Of a stretch of DNA of 64,000 nucleotides, positions 7,680 through 16,655 are shown piece after piece. Numbering within the stretch: position 1 is the stretch's first letter; each line of letters starts with the position of its first letter. The notes beneath the pieces are model-generated. The model saw nothing but the letters and a program-made list of their open reading frames with translations. It did not search any database and was not told the origin of the DNA. The position numbers and the translations under genes are program-made. The stretch is from Escherichia phage OLB145, in sequence record MH992123.1; one strand, given 5' to 3'.

Positions 7680-8613
7680 TGCAAAAATCCTCGCTGATAG
7701 TATTACTATTTCTGGTGACCGCCTGGTAACAATGGAACTGGTTTATCCGCGTTTCATTCATTCAGAATTTATGACTCACCGAGCACTTAATCGTAATGCT
7801 TCCAGTAGTCGTGCTATTCCTACCCAACGCCTTATTGAGCAAGTTCGTAATGAACCAGTAATGCCAGTACATTGGGGTAAGAACCAGAAAGGAATGCAGG
7901 CAAGTGAAGAACTCACTCCTATGGAAATTAAGGATGCTGAGTTCATTTGGGAAAATGCTGCCTCTGCTGCTGCTGTGTATGCTGAACAACTTCGTCGTGG
8001 ACAAGTACATAAGCAGATTGTTAATCGTATTCTGGAACCATTCACGCATATCCGTGTAGTAGTGACAGCTACTCAATGGAATAACTTCTTTGGTTTACGC
8101 ATTCATCCCGATGCTCAACCAGAGATTTGTGAATTGGCTACTAAGATGAAGGAACAGTATGACCAATCAAAACCCCGTACCCTGTTGGCTGGGGAATGGC
8201 ATTTGCCGTACATTACTAATAGTGATTACCTCGATGCTTATGATTATTGCAAACATCAACGAATTACTCGTGATGAACCAAGTAGTGATGAGATTAATTG
8301 CCTGTTAGTAAAAATCTCTGCTGCTCGTTGTGCCCGTGCTTCCTATAACAACTTTAAAGGTACTCCTTCTACTATCGAAGAAGACCTGCGTTTGTTCTCT
8401 AAATTGGTTGAAAGTAAGCCTGTTCACGCAAGCCCTACTGAACATCAAGCAACTCCTCAGCATGTAATGAGTAAAGGCTTAAATGAGCCTACTGACCCAT
8501 CTACATGGGAAAATGGCATTAGCCACATGGACAGAAATTTACGTTTATACTCAGGTAATCTGTGTGGCTGGATTCAATTCCGTAAGCTGCTTGCAGATGA
8601 ATGCATCCACTAA
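7672..8613 (+). CDS. thyX: flavin-dependent thymidylate synthase ThyX
   Basis: ThyX-type signature in 'FMTHRALNRNASSSRAIP' (HR-x7-S); track ORF 7453-8613 is N-terminally over-extended, ATG 7672 'MINAKIL' overlaps the upstream stop. Confidence 0.7.
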   Translation: MINAKILADSITISGDRLVTMELVYPRFIHSEFMTHRALNRNASSSRAIPTQRLIEQVRNEPVMPVHWGKNQKGMQASEELTPMEIKDAEFIWENAASAAAVYAEQLRRGQVHKQIVNRILEPFTHIRVVVTATQWNNFFGLRIHPDAQPEICELATKMKEQYDQSKPRTLLAGEWHLPYITNSDYLDAYDYCKHQRITRDEPSSDEINCLLVKISAARCARASYNNFKGTPSTIEEDLRLFSKLVESKPVHASPTEHQATPQHVMSKGLNEPTDPSTWENGISHMDRNLRLYSGNLCGWIQFRKLLADECIH

Positions 8614-8658
8614 GTAGGTCTTTTGTGGGTGTAGACCACTCATAATAAACTCCGCTAT

Positions 8659-8687
8659 TTGCCCCCTGCATGGGGGCAATTTTTTTG
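8659..8687 (+). terminator. intrinsic terminator
   Basis: Stem TTGCCCCC/GGGGGCAA (8659-8666/8672-8679), loop TGCAT, then TTTTTTT. Confidence 0.75.
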
Positions 8688-8710
8688 ATTCCATGTACAT
8701 AGGAGGCTAT

Positions 8711-8944
8711 ATGGCTAAACCACGTAAATTCCGTATTAAGGATAAGCCTGTAATGGGTAGTGCTGCTGGTCAGTCACACGAGAAAGGAGACATTGTTTAT
8801 GAATGCCTTCAGTATGATTACGGCGTTGCTCATGATGACACTCGTGCTACTGGTGTCCCACATACCTCAGTAACTCTTGAAGAAGATGGTAGCTACCCAT
8901 TCTTCACTGTTCCTACTCATAACCTGGAAGAAATTCATGATTGA
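8711..8944 (+). CDS. hypothetical protein
   Basis: ATG 8711 follows AGGAGG (8701-8706); the track start 8693 has no SD. Confidence 0.5.
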   Translation: MAKPRKFRIKDKPVMGSAAGQSHEKGDIVYECLQYDYGVAHDDTRATGVPHTSVTLEEDGSYPFFTVPTHNLEEIHD

Positions 8945-9263
8945 CCCAAATATCATCCATGCCAAAACAGGCGAATCCCATAAGCTGTCTGAATATTCCA
9001 AAGTAGAAGATATTGCAGTTTGTCCTGCAAATATTGCTTCTCTTTGCATCTGTATTGCAGAGCTATCTAAAGAACGCCAACTATGGCTATCTCCTAATAA
9101 AACAATGGTTCAGGCAGGTCTGGCAGAAGTACAACGTATGCTGGATGAATGGTCTGAAGACCAGATGTTCATTGATGGCAATGCAGAAGCAATAACCGAT
9201 GACATGGCCTCTGATATGGCTGTGTTTGTATTACAAGCAATGGCTGAAAAGCGTAGTAGTTAA
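8937..9263 (+). CDS. hypothetical protein
   Basis: Internal ATG 8937 overlaps the upstream stop (ATGATTGA); track ORF 8877-9263. Confidence 0.45.
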   Translation: MIDPNIIHAKTGESHKLSEYSKVEDIAVCPANIASLCICIAELSKERQLWLSPNKTMVQAGLAEVQRMLDEWSEDQMFIDGNAEAITDDMASDMAVFVLQAMAEKRSS

Positions 9264-9288
9264 TTAATAATTTACTGGAGAAAATTCG

Positions 9289-11814
9289 ATGCAAGTAGCT
9301 GACTCTACTGAACTGACCACATCAGCAACGTTGGGTGCTCAAGATGCTATGGCCTTCGGTATTTCTGAAGACCCAGCATTCTTCCAAATACTCAGTGCTA
9401 ACCTCTATTCTAATCAGAAACTGGCAATGGTGCGTGAGACATTGTGCAATAGCTGGGATGCTCATATTGAGGGGAATAAAACAGATATTCCTATCCATGT
9501 AACCATTGATAAAGATGGTTTCCTTATCTTCCGTGACTATGGTTCTGGTATTCCTAAAGATAAGATTCAAGAGGTCTATGGGGTATATGGTGCATCTACC
9601 AAGAAAGCTAATACTGCTTCCACTGGTGGCTTTGGCTTAGGATGTAAATCCCCTATGGCCTATACAGACAGTTTTACTGTCACATCTATGTGTGACGGAA
9701 CCAAGACTGTCTATCACATTGCTAAATCTTCTGTTGAGACTAACGGTAAACCAGGGATTATTCCTATCGTTAGCGTACCTACTGAAGAATCTGGGCTTGA
9801 AGTTAAAATTCAGCTTCAGTCAGAAGATATTTTAGAAATTGATTCATATATTCGAGCCATTGTATTACATGGTGAGATTAAATGTATTTACTACAATCAG
9901 TATACAGGACCAAATACAGTAGAATTACTGCCTGTACTGGGTATGTCTTTTGAACCAGGTAGCTATACCCTAGACCATAGCACATGGCATAAATATTACA
10001 TGGGCAGTCATTCAATATTTATCCGTTATGGTAATGTTATGTACCCTGCTTTGGATACTCCTGCTACGCATGAAGCATTAAAACTGGTTAAACAGTTTAT
10101 GCAGGTTATTAACTGTAGCCGTATCGTTGTTCAAGCTGCCCCATCATCACTAGCTGTAGCACCTAGCCGTGAAACACTGTCATCTCAAAAAATGACCGAA
10201 GACGGTATCGTAAATTTAGCTGTAGCTTTAGTAGATAAAATGGAAGCAGATATTAAAGCTCGTCTTCCAAATGCTATTGAATATATTGGGAAGGCTATTA
10301 AAGAATATAGTCCTCACCGTTTTGAAGTAAATAGTTATTTGCCTTACACCAATTTAGTGCCTGATGTTATTGTCAGTCGTTATATGTCTTCTACTTTATT
10401 CAGTAAGCAATATGCTCATCTGTGTAAGAAATGGGGAAATATGGAAATTGACCGTCAACTAGAACATCCTGCACTGGCTCATTTCTCTGGTTCTCAAAAA
10501 GCCCATCTCCGTAAGCATTTAAAGAGGGCTAAGGATTTACGTAATTACAGGGAATTAACTAAAGTATTTACTGATATGGCTATTAAGCCAATGTTCAAAA
10601 CCTTTGCTAAATTGGGGATTACTAAAGGTATTTCCCTATTTCATTATCAATATGGTGTTGAACTGTGGCGTAATAATATTGTTAATAGTGTCCGTAGAAT
10701 ACACTCATTAAACTTCATGACTTATAGTTCTAAGAAGTGCCGTGTATTTGTTACCCCACGTATTACCAATATTGAAGATAGTCTGGCTGGGTATCCAGAG
10801 TTTGATAATCTTTCTACTGAGACACTGGTGAAATATAACTCAATCATTGTCAAAGTTGGAACCAAGAAAGGTGAAGCAGAAGCTATGACTAATCTGCTCA
10901 CTAAAGCAGGATACGAAGTCATTAATATGGCTGAATATCATGAGTGGGATTGTATAGCTCGCAGACGTAAAGAGGAACAAGAGGCTAAATTAGCCATTTC
11001 CAAATTACAAGCTAAGAAGGCTACTAATAAGAAAAAGGTTAGTCCTAATCGTCTTATTAGTATGAATATCCTTGAAATACCAAAAGAGCATCGTAGCTAT
11101 TCAAGTGAGGTATGTGGTTCTCACTACGCTTCTCGTTCTCATGACCGAATGGTTGATGTAGATACTCCCCAGTATTACATCATGCAGGAAGATATTAATA
11201 ACTACACAGGAAGGCTTGGTGTTCTTTCTATGTGGCAATTAACCCCTGCTACCATTAAAGCTGTAACTGTTGTTTGTCGTAATAAAATTGAACGTAATAA
11301 AGCTATTAAGCGAGGTGCTGTTCATTTGGATGAATGGACTGCTCCGTATATTGCTTCAGTTCTTACATCCAAACAATTCATTAAGTATGTCACTAAAGAA
11401 CGTCAGAAAACGTTAAGTGATATTGGTATTTACTCCAAACACCTCAGATTACTGAGAGAACTGGATATTACATATGCCCCATTGAAAGGTCTGCGTTATG
11501 ACCCAGAACTGGAGAATGCTTATCTCTTCTTACAAAGTAGTAGCTACCCTAAGCTACGTGCATTGTTAGGGAAGGGTCTGATTACTGAAGAAGAGTATCA
11601 CTTCCTCAGTGATGTTGATGTGCATTGCAAGACTTTCAGTAAGTACTCGGAACTTCGTAGGATACCGAAGATGTTCCTTGATATTGATGCTGGGGGTTAT
11701 ATGTTGGCTGCATGTACTGTAGACACATTGCTTCGTGAAATCGAACAATTTCCTGAATCAATCCCTGCAATCAAATTGCTTGTAAAAGCTGCTCTTAAAC
11801 GGAATACAGACTGA
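9289..11814 (+). CDS. rIIA: rIIA-like protein
   Basis: 841 aa; N-terminal GHKL ATPase-like boxes ('LCNSWDAH', 'IFRDYGSGIP', 'GGFGLG'); paired with the downstream rIIB-like ORF as in T4/N4. Confidence 0.65.
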   Translation: MQVADSTELTTSATLGAQDAMAFGISEDPAFFQILSANLYSNQKLAMVRETLCNSWDAHIEGNKTDIPIHVTIDKDGFLIFRDYGSGIPKDKIQEVYGVYGASTKKANTASTGGFGLGCKSPMAYTDSFTVTSMCDGTKTVYHIAKSSVETNGKPGIIPIVSVPTEESGLEVKIQLQSEDILEIDSYIRAIVLHGEIKCIYYNQYTGPNTVELLPVLGMSFEPGSYTLDHSTWHKYYMGSHSIFIRYGNVMYPALDTPATHEALKLVKQFMQVINCSRIVVQAAPSSLAVAPSRETLSSQKMTEDGIVNLAVALVDKMEADIKARLPNAIEYIGKAIKEYSPHRFEVNSYLPYTNLVPDVIVSRYMSSTLFSKQYAHLCKKWGNMEIDRQLEHPALAHFSGSQKAHLRKHLKRAKDLRNYRELTKVFTDMAIKPMFKTFAKLGITKGISLFHYQYGVELWRNNIVNSVRRIHSLNFMTYSSKKCRVFVTPRITNIEDSLAGYPEFDNLSTETLVKYNSIIVKVGTKKGEAEAMTNLLTKAGYEVINMAEYHEWDCIARRRKEEQEAKLAISKLQAKKATNKKKVSPNRLISMNILEIPKEHRSYSSEVCGSHYASRSHDRMVDVDTPQYYIMQEDINNYTGRLGVLSMWQLTPATIKAVTVVCRNKIERNKAIKRGAVHLDEWTAPYIASVLTSKQFIKYVTKERQKTLSDIGIYSKHLRLLRELDITYAPLKGLRYDPELENAYLFLQSSSYPKLRALLGKGLITEEEYHFLSDVDVHCKTFSKYSELRRIPKMFLDIDAGGYMLAACTVDTLLREIEQFPESIPAIKLLVKAALKRNTD

Positions 11815-13907
11815 TGAAACGAAATTATCTCGCCATTATTGCCCTGTCAGTAGACAGCCGTAACCTCACCTTATGGCAACCAGATGGTTCTACTATGGTC
11901 ATCCCCCAAGGGGATGCCCGTGTACCACGTATTGTTGCTGAAGCAAAAGAAAAGAATCTTACCCCAGGTAAGATTATCGAAGTGGATGTCACTATCGAAG
12001 CTCAGATTCGTCAGGAGTTTCTGGACGCTGAACGTGATACAGGTGGCTTTGTTAAATTCTTCCGTATTACCAAGAAGAAGCTACAAGAGTTCTTCTTAGG
12101 AGAAGAAGAAGAAGAACAAGTCCCTCATGTATCACCTGTAGAGTTAGGTGCTAAACCCACTGCTTTCAATGCTTTTATTGCTAATGCTGTGGGCAAAACT
12201 CTTGCTGTACAACATGCATCATTAAAAGCACCTGAACCAGAAATGACAGTTACTCATGAGCGTTTTTACGGTAACTATGCTGTATGGATTACAGATGTAG
12301 ACCCACGGAATCATCGTATTGAGGTTATTCATGTTATCCGTGAAATCTCAGGAAGAACCAGTGAATATGTCAATAACCTGCTGGCTCAACCAACCCCATT
12401 CAAAGTATTTGATTGGCTCACAGAGACGCAGGCTAAAGAGTTTGTAATACGTCTGAATAACACTCAGGGTGTTATCTCTGTCTATAACAAACTGGAAGAC
12501 GGTATTCCTGCTAAGGTTGCTGTAAAGGCCACAGAGCCAACCAATAAGGAAAAGCTGGAAGCTGCATCAACTAAGCTGAAAGCTATGGGTGCTATCGCTA
12601 CTGATGCTTATGAGTTTCATACTGACTTGAATGAGAATGAAGAGACTATTGTAGCTGTAGTGAATGATAAGGTGGTTCCTGATGTTCAGAACCTACACCG
12701 TCACATCCGTCAATCTGCAAACCTGAAAGACTATAAAGGCTTTACTAAGTTCCTTGAACGTCTGTCTACTGTAATTGATAAACGTCGTCACTCTGTTGAA
12801 GACCTGATGAAGTTTATGGAAAAAGGTGACCTGCCCATTGCAGATGATGGCTCCATTGTTATCTTCAAACGTCTGGAAAGCAAAGACAATCCTGAACATC
12901 TCAAAGACGTAATGGATGATGTATTTGTTGATTGCCATTCTAAGAAGATTGAGCAATGCGTTGGTATGCGTGTAATGGTTAAAGAAAACCTTGTAGACCA
13001 GAACCGTCGTAAAGACTGTTCTCATGGTTTGCACGTAGCTTCTCTGCAATACATTCGTAATTTCTCAGGCAACGTAACCATTATTGGTAAAGTTGCTCCA
13101 GAGGATGTATTTGCAGTACCAGAATACGATGTTACTAAGATGCGTGTATCTGCTTATCACATCATTACCAAGCTACCTGATGCTATTCGTGACCATGTTA
13201 ATAATGGCAATCCAATCTCCACCATTGAGGGTGGTACGGAAATCCTGAACATGGTTCTCAGTGGTAATCACCCTGAACCTTCCCGTCAGGTACTGGTTGG
13301 TGGTCATTATGGGACCAATCTGATTTATTCAGAACTCACTCGTAATTATCTGGATGATGATGAAGACAGCGTTATTCCAGATGAACCAGTAATTAAGAAA
13401 ACTGCCTTGAATATGGAAGAGAGCTTTACGGCAACTAATCCTAAAGCTGAACCAGTGAAGGCAACGGATGTTAAACCTATTAAGAAGACTAAGATGGAAA
13501 TTCTTAAAGACCTTTGGAACCAGTTCCTGAAAGCAGAGACTTCTAATGAAGCTATTACGCTGGCCGATGAAATCATTGCTGCTAAGGGCAAATGTAAGAA
13601 GTCATGGGCTTCTTTAGGCTTCAGTGGTGACATGGTTCAGAAACTGATTGATGCTCGTGCTAATAAGCCTAAGCCAGAAAAAGCAGTCAAACAGGATAAA
13701 ACTGTTGCACCTAAGAAAACTACAGTCACTCGTAGTCGGAATGCTGATGTTATTCGTAGTTATCTGAATGACAAAGGTATGTCTGATTACTGTAAAGCTC
13801 ATGCCATTCACGATGTGAAACGTGCTGCTAAGAAGTCTTATGCTGCACTGGGTTTGACTCCTGAAGAATGCAGCCAAATTGATAAACTGAAGCATCACCT
13901 GAAGTAA
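11814..13907 (+). CDS. rIIB: rIIB-like protein
   Basis: 697 aa, start overlaps rIIA stop (TGATG); assignment mainly by size and position. Confidence 0.5.
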   Translation: MKRNYLAIIALSVDSRNLTLWQPDGSTMVIPQGDARVPRIVAEAKEKNLTPGKIIEVDVTIEAQIRQEFLDAERDTGGFVKFFRITKKKLQEFFLGEEEEEQVPHVSPVELGAKPTAFNAFIANAVGKTLAVQHASLKAPEPEMTVTHERFYGNYAVWITDVDPRNHRIEVIHVIREISGRTSEYVNNLLAQPTPFKVFDWLTETQAKEFVIRLNNTQGVISVYNKLEDGIPAKVAVKATEPTNKEKLEAASTKLKAMGAIATDAYEFHTDLNENEETIVAVVNDKVVPDVQNLHRHIRQSANLKDYKGFTKFLERLSTVIDKRRHSVEDLMKFMEKGDLPIADDGSIVIFKRLESKDNPEHLKDVMDDVFVDCHSKKIEQCVGMRVMVKENLVDQNRRKDCSHGLHVASLQYIRNFSGNVTIIGKVAPEDVFAVPEYDVTKMRVSAYHIITKLPDAIRDHVNNGNPISTIEGGTEILNMVLSGNHPEPSRQVLVGGHYGTNLIYSELTRNYLDDDEDSVIPDEPVIKKTALNMEESFTATNPKAEPVKATDVKPIKKTKMEILKDLWNQFLKAETSNEAITLADEIIAAKGKCKKSWASLGFSGDMVQKLIDARANKPKPEKAVKQDKTVAPKKTTVTRSRNADVIRSYLNDKGMSDYCKAHAIHDVKRAAKKSYAALGLTPEECSQIDKLKHHLK

Positions 13908-13925
13908 GTAGGTTAACTATTCAAG

Positions 13926-13957
13926 TAGCTCCGGTTGAAATATACTGGAGCTATCTT
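13926..13957 (+). terminator. hairpin with short T-tract (weak terminator or processing site)
   Basis: 9-bp stem 13926-13934/13944-13952 (one G-U), 9-nt loop, then TCTTT. Confidence 0.35.
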
Positions 13958-13974
13958 TGAAGAGGATACATACT

Positions 13975-14370
13975 ATGGCCAAAGTTTATCGTGCTAACCG
14001 TAAAGCCCATGATGACGATATTATTCGTATGAATGCAGTCGGTTTATCATTGGGAACCATTGCTAAAACACTGGGTGTTCACCCCACTACAGTTACCTTA
14101 CGATTACGCTCTCTTGGTATTGAACCAGCCGACACACGTCGAACATTTATGGAGAACGTACTAGCACCATTACCTACTCACGTAGCTGATTGGTTATCAG
14201 AACAAGTAGGACCAAAATATGAGATTCGACAATACGTTCGAGACTTATTACTGGAAGCCTACAATAATCGTCATAATCATAAGGAAACTGCTCATGAACG
14301 ATTCCTCAAAAGATACGTTGGTACAAACTCAGAACTGGTTTCTGAAGGCAGTACCCAGCCCAACGAGTAA
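13975..14370 (+). CDS. helix-turn-helix DNA-binding protein
   Basis: ATG 13975 after AGAGGA; 'MNAVGLSLGTIAKTLGVHPTTVTLRLRSLG' is HTH-like; track start 13957 is TTG. Confidence 0.5.
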   Translation: MAKVYRANRKAHDDDIIRMNAVGLSLGTIAKTLGVHPTTVTLRLRSLGIEPADTRRTFMENVLAPLPTHVADWLSEQVGPKYEIRQYVRDLLLEAYNNRHNHKETAHERFLKRYVGTNSELVSEGSTQPNE

Positions 14371-14749
14371 AAACATTAGTACCCAAATTGGTTGTCATCT
14401 GGAAGAAGTAGTTGAGATGCTGGAAGAATTGGCTCCAAATTCTGGAGAAGCATACGATACACTTCATAATGCCATTGCAGCTTTAACTGAATTGTCAGAA
14501 TTAATTAAAGAAAATAATGTTTATGCACCTAACAGCAATCGCTTAGCTATTCTGGATGCACTGGCAGACCAGATTGTTACAGCAACTGGCATCGGTACTT
14601 TCTTGGGTATGAACGTACCTGGAGCACTCACTGAAGTGAACCGTTCTAATTATTCAAAATTTGAAGACGGTGAGCCTGTTTTCAATGAGAATAAGAAAGT
14701 AATGAAAGGTAAGGATTACACTCCGCCTGATTTAACCCCATTCATTTAA
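14294..14749 (+). CDS. MazG-like nucleotide pyrophosphohydrolase (putative)
   Basis: ATG 14294 with AAGGAAA SD; 'HLEEVVEMLEEL' (EExxE) and 'ILDALADQIV' resemble MazG metal-binding motifs; the first 77 nt overlap the upstream ORF. Confidence 0.4.
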   Translation: MNDSSKDTLVQTQNWFLKAVPSPTSKNISTQIGCHLEEVVEMLEELAPNSGEAYDTLHNAIAALTELSELIKENNVYAPNSNRLAILDALADQIVTATGIGTFLGMNVPGALTEVNRSNYSKFEDGEPVFNENKKVMKGKDYTPPDLTPFI

Positions 14750-14753
14750 AAGA

Positions 14754-14777
14754 GCCGCCCATATAGGGCGGTTTTTG
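14754..14777 (+). terminator. intrinsic terminator
   Basis: Stem CCGCCC/GGGCGG 14755-14760/14766-14771, loop ATATA, then TTTTT. Confidence 0.7.
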
Positions 14778-14791
14778 TATCTGGAGAACTC

Positions 14792-16111
14792 ATGTATAAA
14801 AGTACTACTAAGCTGCCACTAAATCCTGGTCAAGAGGCAGCGGCAGAAGGTTTCTTCGACTTTCTGCTCGACCCCAATGCTTCTGAACTTCGTATTAGTG
14901 GACCTGGTGGTACAGGCAAGACATTTACAATGGCTCATATGATTGACGAGATTATGCCTCGTTATCATGAGACATGTAGTCTGATGGGAATCCCTGCCCT
15001 CTATAACGAAGTTATTATGACTGCTACTACTAATAAGGCAGCAGAAGTATTAGCCCGTGCAACAGGACGTCCTACGTCTACCTATCATTCCTTTCAAGGT
15101 CTGACAGTACGGAATAACCTGAAGACTGGGGAAGCAGACCTGATTCCATCTAAGTCCTTCAGTATCAAAAAGAATAAGGTCATTTTTATTGATGAAGCAT
15201 CAATGATTGACCGTAAACTGAAGAAGTTTATTAACGAAGGTACTCACCAAAGTAAGATTGTTTACTTAGGTGATAAATGCCAATTGTTACCTGTAAAGGA
15301 AACTTCTTCCCCTGTCTACAATGACAGTAGCATTAAAGAGTTTATGCTGACCCAGCAGATGCGTACTGATGTCCCTGAACTCCATGCACTGCATGAACAG
15401 CTTCGTGGAACCATTGAAGGTAAGCACGGATTCCTGCCTATTAAAGCAGTTCCAGGTATTATCGACTGGATTGAAGATGGTGATGAAATGAGAAAAGAAG
15501 TCGAAGGTCATTTCATGACTAAGACTGACACTCGTATTGTTGCCTATACCAACCAACAGGTCGTTAACTATAACACCTTCATTCGAGCCATGAATGGATT
15601 CCACGGAGAGTTCTGTATTGGCGAAGAGTTAGTAAGTAACTCTGCTATTCATATTGGTGCTGGTGACCGCCTTAGTATTGAACAGGAATGCCAGATTGTT
15701 GACCAGGATTCTGCTACTCGTAAGATTCTGATTGATTCCTCTGGTATCGAATTAGAAGTACGTGATTGCACTCTAGATACTGGTTATGGTGGTGTCTTTG
15801 AAGGTATCCCTATTCCGGTAGATATGGATTATTTCATTCGTTTGCAAAAGTACTATGCACACCAAAAGAACTGGGAACGTCATTTCTATTTGAAAGAAAC
15901 ATTCCCTGAACTTCGAGCATTACATGCTTCTACTGTGCATAAGTCGCAAGGTTCTACCTACGACACCATCTTTATTGATGCTACTGATTTATCTACTTGC
16001 CGTCAGCCTGATGTAGTAGCACGTCTGCTTTATGTAGCAGTATCTCGTGCTCGTCATCGTGTTGTGTTCTATGGCTCTTTGGCAGAGAAATTAGGTGGTC
16101 TGGTTCGCTAA
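14792..16111 (+). CDS. SF1 DNA helicase, Dda/RecD-like
   Basis: Walker A 'GPGGTGKTF', Walker B 'VIFIDEASMI', 'TVHKSQGSTYD', 'YVAVSRARHRVVFYG'. Confidence 0.75.
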   Translation: MYKSTTKLPLNPGQEAAAEGFFDFLLDPNASELRISGPGGTGKTFTMAHMIDEIMPRYHETCSLMGIPALYNEVIMTATTNKAAEVLARATGRPTSTYHSFQGLTVRNNLKTGEADLIPSKSFSIKKNKVIFIDEASMIDRKLKKFINEGTHQSKIVYLGDKCQLLPVKETSSPVYNDSSIKEFMLTQQMRTDVPELHALHEQLRGTIEGKHGFLPIKAVPGIIDWIEDGDEMRKEVEGHFMTKTDTRIVAYTNQQVVNYNTFIRAMNGFHGEFCIGEELVSNSAIHIGAGDRLSIEQECQIVDQDSATRKILIDSSGIELEVRDCTLDTGYGGVFEGIPIPVDMDYFIRLQKYYAHQKNWERHFYLKETFPELRALHASTVHKSQGSTYDTIFIDATDLSTCRQPDVVARLLYVAVSRARHRVVFYGSLAEKLGGLVR

Positions 16112-16120
16112 GGAGAACTT

Positions 16121-16648
16121 ATGCAACTGGGTGAAAAACAAATCCGTGAAATGACTAATAGTAGTGAACTGGTTCAGGAATTATTCTTAGCCGAGTTACG
16201 TCGGCTAGATAAAGTGCTGGATAGTATCATTACACGTAATGGGGAAACATTCGCTGTATACAACTCAACAGGATTCCTGTATTTAGGGGAGTTCTATTCG
16301 AGTTCCCGTTCATCACAACAACCTCCTTCTGGTCATCGTCTGGCTCTAGCTAATCACCTACTGGATGATATGCGGGAGTATCTGGAACAAGCAGGTAAAC
16401 TTCTGCTAGAAGTCCATATGGTAAATCAGATGGTCTTTCGTCTGGTTCAGGGCTGTAAGACTTATCAAGACGTTCGTGATGCATTGCCAGAATGCCTCAT
16501 TGCTATGGATAAACAGGGTCATCTGAAATCCTTACAGAGAACCAGAAAGGCAGCATTTACTCTGGATAATGATGCTATGGCTCTCCGTCAGTATGAGAAA
16601 ATCTTGCCGATTATCGAATACTATGCGGGAACCCATCTTATCTTTTGA
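16121..16648 (+). CDS. hypothetical protein
   Basis: 175-aa ORF with AAGGAG SD. Confidence 0.5.
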   Translation: MQLGEKQIREMTNSSELVQELFLAELRRLDKVLDSIITRNGETFAVYNSTGFLYLGEFYSSSRSSQQPPSGHRLALANHLLDDMREYLEQAGKLLLEVHMVNQMVFRLVQGCKTYQDVRDALPECLIAMDKQGHLKSLQRTRKAAFTLDNDAMALRQYEKILPIIEYYAGTHLIF

Positions 16649-16655
16649 GGTCTGT

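Noticed and set aside
7453-8613. 386-aa version of ThyX starting at 7453 (and similar longest-ORF starts at 1849, 7191, 16569, 23319, 38891, 51366, 52250)
   Set aside because: The track takes the most upstream ATG/GTG/TTG. In each case the upstream part overlaps the preceding gene or a terminator and lacks an SD, while an internal ATG with an SD gives a better start.
510-14777. Hairpins upstream of genes as N4 vRNAP early-promoter hairpins
   Set aside because: These have 4-9 nt loops with long GC stems and a following T-tract, typical of intrinsic terminators. As I recall, vRNAP promoters are short 3-nt-loop hairpins confined to the early region near the genome left end, which is outside this window.
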